From a virus (Duplodnaviria; Heunggongvirae; Uroviricota; Caudoviricetes), in the IMG/VR virus record IMGVR_UViG_3300036766_002280, positions 1 through 54,802 of that record: a DNA stretch of 54,802 nucleotides. The stretch is one strand, 5' to 3'. Positions within the stretch are counted from its first letter, which is position 1. The number at the start of each line of letters is the position of its first letter. The position numbers were made by a program, and so were the translations under genes. Shown here piece after piece: positions 19,445-29,772 of the stretch. Under the pieces are notes generated by a model. It had not been told where the DNA came from, did no database searches, and was given only the letters and a program-made list of their open reading frames with translations.

Positions 19445-21358
19445 ATGGCTGAAGAAAAGTTTGGAATAGATCCTGTTACTAAGCAAACTATAACAAAGGA
19501 TCTAAAAGATATAAAAGATATTCGAGATGAGATTACTTCGGCATTGTTACAGTCTTCGAAAGAAGGTATAGATTCTGTTTCAGAATTTTTAAAGGCTTTC
19601 AAAGATGCCACAAGTGAAGGATTTGCTTTTACTGATGTAATTACTGATCTTGAAGAGAAGTTTGGTGCTTCTTCTGCTGCTATCGGAGTTATTGTCGACG
19701 CTCTTAAAAAGGCAGAAGTAGCAGGGAAATCTGTAGAAGACGAAGCTGAAAAAATAACTGGAGCTTTTCGATTAGCAAAATCAGAAGTTGAAAAACTAGC
19801 ATTATCTTTAGATTCTTCTCTTAAGATTATGCAAAATATGGGAGCTACTGATTTAGCGGCTACTTTTGGAAAGATGAAAAAAGCTGCTGAAGAAATGGGA
19901 AAAGCTTTCGAACTGCTTACAGCTGGATCAGGAATGAAAGGTTTGCTGTTTTTATTAAGCGTCGTATCTGATATATTTGCTGTAACAAAACAATTGAGGG
20001 ATGCTTCTCAAGACATAAATAGAATAATGTATGATGCAAATGCTGCTATGGGTAAAATGGGGGAACGGCAGAATGATTTGCTTAAAGATGCAAATGAGTT
20101 AGCAACTAGATGGGCTATGACCCCTATAGAGGTCATGAAGGTGGAAAAAGGTCTTGCTGGTATTGGGGCAAATCAAAGTGAGATAAAAGATTTAACAAAG
20201 GATATTCTAGATTTGACTACAGCATGGACAGAAATTACTCCAGAGAAACAAATGCAAATGATGCAGCAGTTAATGCATAGTTTTGGGGCATCTGCTAAGG
20301 ATGCTAAAAATGCAATGTTTGCTTTGTACAAAGAAGCTGAAAATGTAGCTAGTGCCATGGGCATTACTAATATAAGCTCCAAAGATTTTGCTGACCATGC
20401 TATGGTATTAGAACAATCTGCTGGTAGGTTAGGATACAATTTAGGAGATGCCAAAGCAATTTTGTCTGCCATGGTGGCAACAATGAAGGATGCCAAAGGG
20501 GTTGTCGACATAGAATCTGCCACTAAATTAACTTCTGGCATAATGGGTTTAGGGGTCTCTAATATGGGAATGCAGGCTTACATGATGTCTCAGTTTGGAG
20601 GTCCAGGAGGAAAAGGAGTAGGCGGAACTGCAATAGAACAAGCTGGATCCTTTATTATGGCAGGAGCTAAAGAAAAAACTGATGCCCAGATGAGCATGTT
20701 TCAGCAGCTTATGGAAGGAGCAGGTGGAGGCAAAGTTCCTACTACCAAAGCAGGAATGGCTGGTGCAGCTGAATTAATAAGTCAGCAGTTTCAGTTAGGG
20801 ATGGATCCTACAGCTATCAAGGAAATGGTGGAGAAGGTAGGAACAGGAAAAGAAGGCATTGAAAAACTTAAATCAAAATTACATGAACAATTAGAGGCTT
20901 CAGAAAAATCAAGAATATCTAATTCTGCTGCCAACGCATTAATAGGTCAAAATACGAAAGAAATTGTTACTAGGACCAAGTCGGTAGAAGAGATTTTGAC
21001 TTCTAAGTTGGCTGATATAGGTGGTACTCTTAAAGATATTTTGCATGCATTTTTACATCCAGAAGACGCTAGATCCTTGGAAAAACAAAAGAAAGAACAA
21101 GAGCGTGCTATTGAAGACGCTAAAAAGAAAACAGATGAAATGATTAAAGAGGTTGCTTCTAGAAAAAGAATGGGAGAAGTAGGATTTGTAGAAGCGGCAA
21201 CAGAAGAACGTTTAAATACAGAATTAAATATGGATTCCCTATCAAGTGCAGGTAGATCAAGAGCGGCGGGCTGGGAAGCTATAATTACCTTACGTGAAAA
21301 ACCAGGAGCTGACCAATTTCCTGAAAAAGGATCATCCTCAGTTAAACTTAAAAAGTAG
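19445..21358 (+). CDS. Tape measure protein
   Basis: 637 aa, Ala/Met/Gly/Glu/Lys-rich, helical; canonical position after the chaperone. Confidence 0.8.
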   Translation: MAEEKFGIDPVTKQTITKDLKDIKDIRDEITSALLQSSKEGIDSVSEFLKAFKDATSEGFAFTDVITDLEEKFGASSAAIGVIVDALKKAEVAGKSVEDEAEKITGAFRLAKSEVEKLALSLDSSLKIMQNMGATDLAATFGKMKKAAEEMGKAFELLTAGSGMKGLLFLLSVVSDIFAVTKQLRDASQDINRIMYDANAAMGKMGERQNDLLKDANELATRWAMTPIEVMKVEKGLAGIGANQSEIKDLTKDILDLTTAWTEITPEKQMQMMQQLMHSFGASAKDAKNAMFALYKEAENVASAMGITNISSKDFADHAMVLEQSAGRLGYNLGDAKAILSAMVATMKDAKGVVDIESATKLTSGIMGLGVSNMGMQAYMMSQFGGPGGKGVGGTAIEQAGSFIMAGAKEKTDAQMSMFQQLMEGAGGGKVPTTKAGMAGAAELISQQFQLGMDPTAIKEMVEKVGTGKEGIEKLKSKLHEQLEASEKSRISNSAANALIGQNTKEIVTRTKSVEEILTSKLADIGGTLKDILHAFLHPEDARSLEKQKKEQERAIEDAKKKTDEMIKEVASRKRMGEVGFVEAATEERLNTELNMDSLSSAGRSRAAGWEAIITLREKPGADQFPEKGSSSVKLKK

Positions 21359-21361
21359 ATT

Positions 21362-22168
21362 ATGGCAGTTCAAAATCCAAAAAACGAACAGATATCTTTT
21401 ATTCCTGCTGATCCCACTATTCAGCCAGTTGAGTTGTTGATCAATCCTGAAACATTAACTCTAACTTGGAAAAAAGTTATTACCAGAAGAAGAACAAAAA
21501 CAAGATTGGTTACTTTTTTCTGGGGGGAAGAACCAGTTAAATTTACGTATCGAGGACAAACTGGATATGCCTATCCATCCCCATCAAACGTTACAGGATC
21601 AGTTTCAGCATCTTCCACAGCTCTTTTATCCCAGACTTATGCCTTAAATAGCGAGATAGGTCAATTACAAAGAGAAATCGATCAAGGTGGGGCAGGTGGT
21701 TATAAATATGTAACTGCTGATGGAAATCGCAATGCGCTGGCTAGTGTGAATACTCAGTTGGGGGGAGTAAGTCAGGCACTAGCTGCAAATACAACTATTT
21801 ATGATAATCTTGGATCTTTGTTTACTAATACTCAAATTCTTTATTTTTCTGATAAGTTTAAGATTCTTAAAAATTTGGAAGTTCTTTATCGGAAATACCA
21901 AACTCCGTCAGATACGTTAATGAAGTTGGTTTACAGGGATTATATTTTCAAAGGATATTTTGAAAGTTTTAGCTACACAGATGATGCGAAAAATCCTTGG
22001 AATTGGATTTACACGATCGATTTTACTATTTTGGATTGGACAGAATATCCAACGGCAACTATTACTGCAAATGGAGAAGTGGTCTTCCCTGGATCGCAGA
22101 ATGTTATGCTGGAAACAATTAAATCTGCCGTAAATTTATTAACAATCGATCAGCCTCCAACACAATGA
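21362..22168 (+). CDS. Tail tube initiator / baseplate tube-like protein with coiled-coil insertion
   Basis: 'INPETLTLTW...FFWGEEP...RGQTG' and 'YKGYFESFSYTDDAKNPW-type ...YTIDFT' (actual 'IFKGYFESFSYTDDAKNPWNWIYTIDF') tube-fold motifs. Confidence 0.65.
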   Translation: MAVQNPKNEQISFIPADPTIQPVELLINPETLTLTWKKVITRRRTKTRLVTFFWGEEPVKFTYRGQTGYAYPSPSNVTGSVSASSTALLSQTYALNSEIGQLQREIDQGGAGGYKYVTADGNRNALASVNTQLGGVSQALAANTTIYDNLGSLFTNTQILYFSDKFKILKNLEVLYRKYQTPSDTLMKLVYRDYIFKGYFESFSYTDDAKNPWNWIYTIDFTILDWTEYPTATITANGEVVFPGSQNVMLETIKSAVNLLTIDQPPTQ

Positions 22169-24072
22169 ACATTTTTGATAAGGCATTAAATCAAATGACA
22201 GGAAGAGGTTCTCGTACCCCTCTTTCTGATGATACAGCAAAATTACCATCGCACTATATCGAGGTCAATCCAAAATTCAATTCTGAAAGATCCACAAATC
22301 AATATGGTGCAGTTATTGTTAAATTTCATTGGGATTTACTTGCTCAAACAATTGCGTCAAGTTACTTTATTCGTGGCGAAGTAAGAAAAGATATTATGAC
22401 TGCTTTACAAAATACTCCTGTAAAAGATATGAAACAATATCAAACTTTTAAATCGGCTTTGGTTTACTATTTTTCTGATTTGAATAAAACATTTGATAGT
22501 TCTAAAAGTTTGGATGTCCAGTTAAACAAGTTTGCTAATGAGAGTTTGCTTTCAAGTAGAACAAATATTTCTACCACGTTAGGATCTGGAACTGCCCAGT
22601 TAACGTTTGAAAATTTAGATAATCAATGGCTGTTTCAAGCAAGCGATAATACTTATGCTGATTTGTTTGGGGAAGTCTTGTTTATGGAAGGTCTTTATCT
22701 AACTATTGACGCCATAGGTAGATTTGATTCTACTAAGTATTATCGTATTTTTACTGGATCAGTTAAGTCTTATACTGTTACAGATAATCCTGAGGATAGA
22801 ACAGTAAGTATTGATTGCAGGGATCTATCAAAGCTTCTAACCTCCAGCAGATATAATGTTCATCCTGCTTTGTTTAACACGGATCTAGCAGCTTTACAGG
22901 GCAAAGTAACTATTGCAAAAAATAATTTACAAAATAAATCAAATGTAGAAATTGCCAAATTAGTTATTCCAGATGTAACTAAGGGTGAGTGGAGCAATCC
23001 AACTGATAAGTTTAGTGTTGCAGCTTTCAAGGAAATGTGGAAACCTCCTACGTCTTTACCTATCAAGCATATTAGTAATGCTGTTGGAGGAACTGATTTA
23101 GTTACTCAGACTTATAGAAAAATTTATAATGCTTCTGAGGCTTCCTATGATAATGAGGTACAACAGCCAGGAGAAACGGAACTGTACTATTTAGTCTGGG
23201 GGGACAAGCAATCAGATTCAGATAAAGGAGTTTTTTCTAACACTGCCCATCCTGCTTATGCTTTAATGTTTAATAAGTTTGAATTATATCTTAGTGAATA
23301 TCAAACAAGAGCCACAGTTTTAAAAGATACGGCGGATTTAACTTTATTTTTTACTTATTTGGATTCTTCTGGAAATATTCATTTTCATCCCTCTAGACAT
23401 GATTATTTGATATCTGATAAAAATACTGAAGGATATCCAATGTATCGATTGAATAATTTGGATGGTTCTCTAGAAAATGCCTATACCTATATTCTAGATC
23501 CAGGGGAATCTATTTCTGAATCCTACTCATCGGACGAAGAAACTATTTTTACTAATTTAAAAGTGACTGGAGAAAGCGCCTTTGGAATTTTTGGACAAAT
23601 TCAAGGGGTAAACCCTAGAATGTATAGACCTATGGTTGCCTGGTGGGATGGAATGAAAAGGTTTGGATTTAAAGAACAAACCATAAGCACTGCTGCATTT
23701 CAAGGTTCAGATGCTGAAGCAAAATTGAAAGCTTTTGGACTGGCAGTTTTTATGCGAAGTTTTTTTATGCGAAGGACCATGACTTGTTCTATTCCTTTAC
23801 GTCCTGAGTTGGATATAGACAGACCCTTTTATGTTCCAGGAAGAAAAAAAGTTTATCATATCAAAGGAATTCAGCATTCCTATACAGCTGGAACTGATAG
23901 AAGTGGCGGAGAGTTTATAACTACTGTAAATTGTGATTCAGGAAGACCTTTGCATCAAGCTGATTTGATAAGCACTAATCTTTTTAAAAATTTAGATTCT
24001 GATCAGTTGATTAATATTTTTTATGAAAATGGTTTTAATCTTGATGTAGATATAGGTGGTACGGGGAAGTAG
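22165..24072 (+). CDS. Baseplate hub protein (gpD/gp27-like)
   Basis: 'YYRIFTGSVKSY...VSIDCRDLSKLL', 'YLDSSGNIHF', 'IPLRPELDIDRP...YHIKGIQHSY'. Confidence 0.75.
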   Translation: MNIFDKALNQMTGRGSRTPLSDDTAKLPSHYIEVNPKFNSERSTNQYGAVIVKFHWDLLAQTIASSYFIRGEVRKDIMTALQNTPVKDMKQYQTFKSALVYYFSDLNKTFDSSKSLDVQLNKFANESLLSSRTNISTTLGSGTAQLTFENLDNQWLFQASDNTYADLFGEVLFMEGLYLTIDAIGRFDSTKYYRIFTGSVKSYTVTDNPEDRTVSIDCRDLSKLLTSSRYNVHPALFNTDLAALQGKVTIAKNNLQNKSNVEIAKLVIPDVTKGEWSNPTDKFSVAAFKEMWKPPTSLPIKHISNAVGGTDLVTQTYRKIYNASEASYDNEVQQPGETELYYLVWGDKQSDSDKGVFSNTAHPAYALMFNKFELYLSEYQTRATVLKDTADLTLFFTYLDSSGNIHFHPSRHDYLISDKNTEGYPMYRLNNLDGSLENAYTYILDPGESISESYSSDEETIFTNLKVTGESAFGIFGQIQGVNPRMYRPMVAWWDGMKRFGFKEQTISTAAFQGSDAEAKLKAFGLAVFMRSFFMRRTMTCSIPLRPELDIDRPFYVPGRKKVYHIKGIQHSYTAGTDRSGGEFITTVNCDSGRPLHQADLISTNLFKNLDSDQLINIFYENGFNLDVDIGGTGK

Positions 24073-24080
24073 GAGATTAA

Positions 24081-25154
24081 ATGCATGTAGCAGGAGATTC
24101 TGTTTATCCATCTTATATGTTAGGCAATGTTACTTCTGTCCATCCAGAAACTCATTCGATAGATGTTCAGCTGTATGGCTATATTGAGTTGTTAGAGAAA
24201 GTACCATTATTTAGAACTCCCGGTACTGTAAATCTTCCTCATAAAGAAGATATGGTTATTGTTATTTTTGATAGGCGTCATAAACCATTGGCTATTGGAT
24301 GGTATCCGAAATTTATAAGAGACGATATCAGTATCAGTAAAGTTTATCAACTTCAAGAAGGGGAGCTTCTTCTACATTCAGACTACGGCGGGAGACTTAT
24401 GATGCTTAAATCAGGCATTATGAGGTTTTCCAACTGGGTAGATCAGGGAATTGAAATCGATGGGGCTTCTGGATCTTACATCGAACGTTCTCCGAGTAAG
24501 AAAGATATTTTTGCAGGGGTTGTGGAACGGCATGGGTATATTAGAAGAGCAGGAGTAGTTACTCTAGGCGGTACTCCAAGTATTTTTGAAATGGATAATC
24601 TGGAGAGTTTGTTAAAGAAAGTAGGGACCATTTCTGCTACTGGGGCAATCACAACCTTAAATGATCCAGGAAGTATTGAGCTATATGAAAAAAGAATAGA
24701 AGTAAAAGTTCCGGGAAGTGCTACAACTGCTGCTCCGAATGGAATAAATATTTTTGAGGATACTGTTGGCACAGCGGTAATAAGTAACAATAGTGTTGCA
24801 GGAGTTTACCAAGAAACTTTAAGCAGTCCTCCAGTAACAGCAAATACTCCTACACCGAATCCACTTCGCAGGAAAACTGTTTACTACGATTCGGCAGGGG
24901 TAACTCCATTGGTTACAGAGGAAGTAGATTGTTTTGGAAATATCAATATCAGTATAAGTGCCTTGGCAACAAACGGAGTAAATTTGACTACCCCTTTCCT
25001 TGCTTTGAATGTTAGAAGTGCTGCTTTAACTCCGACAATGATTCCACCAACAAGTATGGGAAATATTGTTACTAATAATCCTGTTAACGCGGATCCTATA
25101 ACTGGAATACCCCTACAAGGTATTTTACAGTTAGCAGTGAATACGGCACTGTAA
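24081..25154 (+). CDS. Baseplate spike/assembly protein (gpV/gp45-like OB fold plus beta-helix region)
   Basis: 'GNVTSVHPETHSIDV...PHKEDMVIV', 'LQEGELLLHSDYG'. Confidence 0.65.
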   Translation: MHVAGDSVYPSYMLGNVTSVHPETHSIDVQLYGYIELLEKVPLFRTPGTVNLPHKEDMVIVIFDRRHKPLAIGWYPKFIRDDISISKVYQLQEGELLLHSDYGGRLMMLKSGIMRFSNWVDQGIEIDGASGSYIERSPSKKDIFAGVVERHGYIRRAGVVTLGGTPSIFEMDNLESLLKKVGTISATGAITTLNDPGSIELYEKRIEVKVPGSATTAAPNGINIFEDTVGTAVISNNSVAGVYQETLSSPPVTANTPTPNPLRRKTVYYDSAGVTPLVTEEVDCFGNINISISALATNGVNLTTPFLALNVRSAALTPTMIPPTSMGNIVTNNPVNADPITGIPLQGILQLAVNTAL

Positions 25155-25155
25155 T

Positions 25156-25776
25156 ATGGCATTAGTAGCAAATGTACTAAACGGTTTATTACAAACAGCT
25201 ATGGCGGCAAAATTTGCCCCATACAACAACGGAGTGGTAGGTCCACAGTTTGTTAACTTTTCAACGGCATTATCAGCAGGAATAAATACCGGAATAGTAG
25301 GATCCACTTTTAATACGGTTGATGTTGGATCAGTTGCCAATCCAGGAACTGGAGTAGGGTTAGCTATAACGGGGTTGAGCACATCGACTTTAAGTACCTT
25401 AATGTATAACAATTGTTATACTGCTTTTGGAAATAGCGCAGGAGTAAGATTGCAGGACCTTACAGATGCCATTTCAGCTTCGGTAGTAACCCACTTGGCT
25501 CAAGCTGTTTTTACTAGTACGCATACCCCTGTATACACTGGAACTGGGGTGGTTTCTTTTGCTTTGTCGTCAATGAATTCTGGCACTATGGCTTTAGCTA
25601 TAAAAAATGCCGCACCACTCTTTACAGGACTTCAATGGTTAAATCTTTGTAATTCTGTTGCTAGTGCCATTGTGACTCATATTAAAGCAGTTGGCACAGG
25701 AGTAGTGGTTATTACAGGAGCAGCACCTCCTTCCCCTGTTCCGGGAGCTGGAGTTGGTACAGGAGTGGTTTCTTAA
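25156..25776 (+). CDS. Hypothetical baseplate-region protein (Gly/Ala/Thr-rich, internally repeated)
   Basis: Repeated 'xxxAIxxxVVTH' helices; ends 'PVPGAGVGTGVVS'. Confidence 0.45.
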   Translation: MALVANVLNGLLQTAMAAKFAPYNNGVVGPQFVNFSTALSAGINTGIVGSTFNTVDVGSVANPGTGVGLAITGLSTSTLSTLMYNNCYTAFGNSAGVRLQDLTDAISASVVTHLAQAVFTSTHTPVYTGTGVVSFALSSMNSGTMALAIKNAAPLFTGLQWLNLCNSVASAIVTHIKAVGTGVVVITGAAPPSPVPGAGVGTGVVS

Positions 25777-26388
25777 ATGGCAGTATTTGCATTAAGTCCT
25801 TGCCTTAAAGCTTTCGTTCTAGCACTTTCTGCCCCATTACGGGCTCAGCTTAGAACTTTGTTGTATACAGCTCAAGGAATTTTAAAGGCTCAAATTGCTC
25901 AGAATGTAGCTTTACTTGGAAGAAATGATATTTCAAAAGCCTTGTACAAAAATGCCGTAGATCAGATTGAGAGCTACCTTAGACCTATAGAGCAGGCAAT
26001 GAATTTGATTCCTTTTTCTGATATGGCAGGATGCGTTGAAGGCAATGTAATGTTGTCCAACGTTCAGAATATTTATTTTCAATACAAAGGAAAGGCTCAA
26101 GATTTTGCTTACAAGTATGCGCAGTACGGATTTGCTAGTACCTATGCCACTAAGACTCAGGATGAGTTAATAAACGCTTTGAATCAGATAACAGGAATAC
26201 TGGATCAATTGGATAATCTAGGGTCGTCCTTAGTAACAATTGGGACAAGGGTACAAGTCTATTCAATAAATAAGATAGGTACGGTAACTGGTTTACCATC
26301 TGGAAATCAGGTTACCGTTACTTTGGATATTCCACCACCAGCAACTATCACAACAGGGGCAGGAGACGTTGGGGTAGTTAATGCTTAG
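25777..26388 (+). CDS. Hypothetical protein (helical N-part, small beta C-domain)
   Basis: ORF abutting the previous stop, in the operon. Confidence 0.5.
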   Translation: MAVFALSPCLKAFVLALSAPLRAQLRTLLYTAQGILKAQIAQNVALLGRNDISKALYKNAVDQIESYLRPIEQAMNLIPFSDMAGCVEGNVMLSNVQNIYFQYKGKAQDFAYKYAQYGFASTYATKTQDELINALNQITGILDQLDNLGSSLVTIGTRVQVYSINKIGTVTGLPSGNQVTVTLDIPPPATITTGAGDVGVVNA

Positions 26389-26441
26389 AATTATAACCCC
26401 TTAGTTAGAAAACTCTTGAGTCTTTAGCTCATGGCTAGTTC
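26388..26441 (+). repeat. 54-bp dispersed repeat, copy 1 (IS200/IS605-end-like hairpin), just upstream of an AAGGAG RBS
   Basis: 48/54 identical to 36558..36611 by direct comparison. Confidence 0.8.
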
Positions 26442-26458
26442 GCAAAGGAGTATTTAAA

Positions 26459-27226
26459 ATTATTCTAGCACAAATAAAATCTAAATTAGACGGTAGGGTC
26501 AGTTTATTCGACGTTCAGAGCCAATCCACACTAAACAACCGGAACGACCTCGTAATTAACCCTCAAGGTCAATTAAGCCGATTAATAGGGATAGATAAAC
26601 TTTCCGCTCATGTAATTAAATATATACTAGTTTTGAAAGGGACTTACTCAGATGTCTTGATTGGAACGGATTTAACAAATCTTAAAGTTGCTGGAAAAAG
26701 CGATTTTTCATTGAAGTCGGATATACTTCTTAGTCTTACTGAATATAGTAGTCTTCAATCTGCCAATTCTGTTGTTGATAAAACTATTATTGGACGGAAT
26801 ATATACCGAACAAGAACTCCGGATATTACTACGTCTTGGACTAAAATAAATAAATATTTAGTATCAAATAATTTTTATTATGATGGGAATTTAAATGCTG
26901 GAGCCATCTATTATTATAGCTTAACTCAAGTAAAAAATGTAAATGGATCCCCAGTTGAAAGTGGCATAGGAACCACAGTTAAGATTAAGATTCCAACTTC
27001 AGATTCTTTGAATGCCCAGATAACTGGAGATTTTATAGTAGTTCCAAAAAATAAATCAGTTACTTTATATTGGAAAACAGGTATTTTTTATCAAAAAGAA
27101 GAAGTACTTAGAAGCGTAACTAAAATTTTAACGTGGTTTGATGCAGGTGACCCTCGCAGTTTAAATATTGTCCTAGAACTTACCAATCTGGATAAGCAAG
27201 TTCTTACAGCAAGTGCTGTAGCATAA
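26459..27226 (+). CDS. gp25/GPW-like baseplate wedge protein with inserted FN3-like domain; probable non-canonical ATT start
   Basis: The frame is open from 26420 with no ATG/GTG/TTG before 26633. The upstream part encodes 'DLVINPQGQLSRLIGIDKLSAHVIKYILVLKGTY...IGTDL', typical of gp25. AAAGGAG lies 8 nt before ATT at 26459. Confidence 0.65.
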   Translation: MILAQIKSKLDGRVSLFDVQSQSTLNNRNDLVINPQGQLSRLIGIDKLSAHVIKYILVLKGTYSDVLIGTDLTNLKVAGKSDFSLKSDILLSLTEYSSLQSANSVVDKTIIGRNIYRTRTPDITTSWTKINKYLVSNNFYYDGNLNAGAIYYYSLTQVKNVNGSPVESGIGTTVKIKIPTSDSLNAQITGDFIVVPKNKSVTLYWKTGIFYQKEEVLRSVTKILTWFDAGDPRSLNIVLELTNLDKQVLTASAVA

Positions 27227-27233
27227 GGAGTAA

Positions 27234-28709
27234 TTGGTGGCTATTTTAGACGTATTTCAGATGGTAACACAGCTTCAAAATTTTATTAAAGCTAAAAATC
27301 CACAAGTAGATATACAACCTGGCACGGATTTGTATGATCTTTTATTTTTAACAAATGCTCAAGCTGCCAGATCTTTATTTGAGGCAATAAATACTTTACA
27401 GTTGAATCAAAGCCTATCGACAACGACTGGAACTGATTTAGATTTAATTGCAAAGAATTATAACATAACAAGACGTCCTGCTACGTATGCTACAGGGGAA
27501 GTAACTTTTTACGCAACGTCTTTTTCGACTGATATTTTGATTCCAAGTGGGACAATTGTCAGTACAGCTGGAACAAATGTTACCCCTCCGATTAGATTTT
27601 TGACCACAAAATCGGTTGGAATGGATGTTGTTAATAAAGCTATCTATTACGATTCTACTGCTACAAGATATCAAGTTACGACGCCAATAATTGCTGAATC
27701 TGCAGGCATTTCTTCTAATGTTGATACCCAGATTATAAATCAGATTGTTTCTCCAGTAGCTAATATTAGTGGGGTAGTAAATAATACTCCTACAATTGAT
27801 GGAACAGCACAAGAAACTGATGCCCAACTTCAGCAAAGATGTCTTCAAGCCTTTGTTGTCGGTAGCGTAGGAACTTTGTATGGGTATAGAAAATTACTAA
27901 CTGATAACTATACACAAGTGCTGGATGTTAAATCTATTGGCCCATTTGATACTGGTGCTATTAGAACAGATGGGGTAGATACTTTTGTGATTCTTTCCTC
28001 TACTTCCTCTGCTGGTAACAGCATCCAAACGTCCGAAACTTTCGTTTTTAATACGGGAGATACTGGGTACGTTCCAGTTAATAGACCTGTAATTACTATT
28101 GATACCGTATATGGCACAGCGACAGGGGCGGTCAGAACTTTTATACCATATCCGAATGCTTTCCCAGATTATAAATATGTAAAAGATACTACAGGGGCAT
28201 ACGCTATGTCAGTTCAATCAGCGGATAAACTTTTGTGGCTGTCTGGAATCAAACCTGATACAAATTCAAGTGTTTTAATTACTTATACTTATAACAGTCT
28301 GGTTCAGACTATGCAAACGTTTATGAATCGGGATGAAAATAAAGTGGTAGGTGCTAATGCCTTAGTTAAGCTAGGCTTCATAGCACAGACATATATAACT
28401 TTGTCTGTAAAATACTTTTCAACTGTAACAGATACTGGAGCTGCTCAGACTAAAGTTGCTGCAGCAATTACACAATATTTGTCGTCTTTTACATTTGGGC
28501 AGCAACTAGATTTATCTGATCTTATAGTAGTTGTTCAGACTGGAGCTTTTACTGATTATACTATAACAGAAGTAGATTACGTAGTTTTTAACACAGCTCA
28601 AATGTATGCAATTGTTCCTGATCTTGGGTATACCCTACCGATGGTCAACGACGTTATTATAGTTTCAGCCAACCAGTACATCCGTGAAGGACTAACTGTT
28701 TTTGTATAA
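27234..28709 (+). CDS. Baseplate J-like wedge protein
   Basis: 'LDLIAKNYNITRRPATYATGEVTF', 'IPSGTIV', 'GTAQETDAQLQQR'. Confidence 0.9.
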   Translation: MVAILDVFQMVTQLQNFIKAKNPQVDIQPGTDLYDLLFLTNAQAARSLFEAINTLQLNQSLSTTTGTDLDLIAKNYNITRRPATYATGEVTFYATSFSTDILIPSGTIVSTAGTNVTPPIRFLTTKSVGMDVVNKAIYYDSTATRYQVTTPIIAESAGISSNVDTQIINQIVSPVANISGVVNNTPTIDGTAQETDAQLQQRCLQAFVVGSVGTLYGYRKLLTDNYTQVLDVKSIGPFDTGAIRTDGVDTFVILSSTSSAGNSIQTSETFVFNTGDTGYVPVNRPVITIDTVYGTATGAVRTFIPYPNAFPDYKYVKDTTGAYAMSVQSADKLLWLSGIKPDTNSSVLITYTYNSLVQTMQTFMNRDENKVVGANALVKLGFIAQTYITLSVKYFSTVTDTGAAQTKVAAAITQYLSSFTFGQQLDLSDLIVVVQTGAFTDYTITEVDYVVFNTAQMYAIVPDLGYTLPMVNDVIIVSANQYIREGLTVFV

Positions 28710-28724
28710 AAAAGGAGAATAGAA

Positions 28725-29411
28725 ATGCCTGGAATCGCAACCCCATTCAAACCAGTAGGAATTGGAAATGTTAATGCTGTGAATGTTGTTCAAGTCTCAT
28801 TTTCGCAGGCTTTATCCTCCATTCCATTTGTAACAGCTTACGATAATTATAATGCTTCTACGTTTACTCATGTTCTTTTTACAGGATCAGCAGGAAATGG
28901 TAACTTATCAATGATAGCTGCTGTTGGAGGAACAGCTCCTGGTGTAGCAGTATGGTTTCCAACAGTTGCTGTAGCAGGAAATACTGTCGCAGGAACTCCA
29001 AACTTTTTGAAGGGAACTACCAACGGAGCCAACATATCTTCTATCGTTCCAGGAGCAGGTGGAACGGGAGTATTCAATCTTGGGTATAGATTTCCTTCAG
29101 ATATAACAGCTGTTCTTAACGCTTCCGGGGATATGGATTGTGCTATACTTTGTCAATATCAGTATACCGGCGCCGCCCCTACGATTACCTGGAATGCCAA
29201 TAAATCTCCTGGAACGGAAGGAGCTCCAAGTTGGTCTGCCATAGTACCTTATACGACAGGATCTGCTCCAGTTGTTGGAGATACCACTCAAGTTCGTCCA
29301 TGCGATACAGGAACTGGAGATCCAGGATCTGGTGGAGATGGAACTTATCGACAAACAATTCCATCAAGTGGGCAAGCATATCCGAATGAAATATGGGTAA
29401 AGAACTACTAG
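28725..29411 (+). CDS. Hypothetical Gly/Pro/Thr-rich beta protein, putative structural
   Basis: AAGGAG RBS; context. Confidence 0.45.
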   Translation: MPGIATPFKPVGIGNVNAVNVVQVSFSQALSSIPFVTAYDNYNASTFTHVLFTGSAGNGNLSMIAAVGGTAPGVAVWFPTVAVAGNTVAGTPNFLKGTTNGANISSIVPGAGGTGVFNLGYRFPSDITAVLNASGDMDCAILCQYQYTGAAPTITWNANKSPGTEGAPSWSAIVPYTTGSAPVVGDTTQVRPCDTGTGDPGSGGDGTYRQTIPSSGQAYPNEIWVKNY

Positions 29412-29422
29412 AGGAGAATCCG

Positions 29423-29770
29423 ATGGACAGCAACTGGAAACTATTTTTAAATGATGGAAATGTAATCACTGAAAAAGAAACAGAATACTGGGACAATGTG
29501 CCGCACATACCGATTACTAAAGCTGTTTTTACTCTTTTAACGGGAGAAGATTTAACTTTTGAAAATTTTAAAAAAATTTGTATAGCCAAAGTTGGAAGAT
29601 CTTCTGTTGGAGGACCAAGTGCTTTTGTAGGATACTGTATTACTGAAGTAAAAAAGGATTCCCTACAGTATAACAGCATTATGATTACTTCAGAAATACC
29701 AAATATAAAAACGCATAACCTTTCAGAGCTTGCAGTTCCGGAAAGATGTTTTCGTAGAGGAGCGATTTAA
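29423..29770 (+). CDS. Hypothetical protein (115 aa)
   Basis: ATG at 29423 after GAGGAG is preferred over the ORF-track start at 29393. Confidence 0.5.
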   Translation: MDSNWKLFLNDGNVITEKETEYWDNVPHIPITKAVFTLLTGEDLTFENFKKICIAKVGRSSVGGPSAFVGYCITEVKKDSLQYNSIMITSEIPNIKTHNLSELAVPERCFRRGAI

Positions 29771-29772
29771 AA

